Shown piece after piece: positions 64,000-64,000 of a stretch of DNA of 64,000 nt. Under the pieces are notes generated by a model. That model was not told where the DNA came from. It saw nothing but the letters and a program-made list of their open reading frames with translations, and did no database searches. Both the position numbers and the translations under genes were made by a program. How positions within the stretch are numbered: position 1 is the stretch's first letter; each line of letters starts with the position of its first letter. Source of the stretch: Trichoplax adhaerens (taxonomy: Eukaryota > Animalia > Placozoa); the NCBI RefSeq assembly GCF_000150275.1, contig NW_002060947.1, positions 3,402,980 through 3,466,979 of the forward strand, written 5' to 3'.

Positions 64000-64000
64000 A

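Overview
AT-rich, intron-rich eukaryotic (animal) genomic DNA, not prokaryotic. The short GT-AG introns, compact conserved genes and near-intronless rhodopsin-class GPCRs suggest a placozoan such as Trichoplax; this is an inference, not confirmed. Ten protein-coding genes can be reconstructed by hand: BCKDHB (-), COMMD5 (+), a CD36/SCARB2-family scavenger receptor (-), a SEPT6/11-group septin (+), two paralogous orphan class A GPCRs (+, about 19 kb apart), NME5 (+), RB1CC1/FIP200 (-), nocturnin (+) and the 3' end of a KCTD8/12/16-family gene (-, missed by the ORF track). The most striking non-coding signal is a set of dense 5-bp-period (GTAC-W)n islands, often palindromic. They sit at the 5' ends of all seven conserved non-GPCR genes whose starts lie in the window (three head-to-head pairs plus NME5) and are absent from the GPCR loci and the 19-kb intergenic stretch. 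Other notable points: a near-perfect RFX X-box upstream of NME5, a GPCR whose frame is broken in ICL3 (65-nt intron or a 1-nt indel), a septin with a degenerate G3 motif, and a GABA-B auxiliary-subunit-like KCTD that stops after H1. No tRNA, rRNA, CRISPR array or transposase was recognised. Human comparisons are from memory and need database checks.
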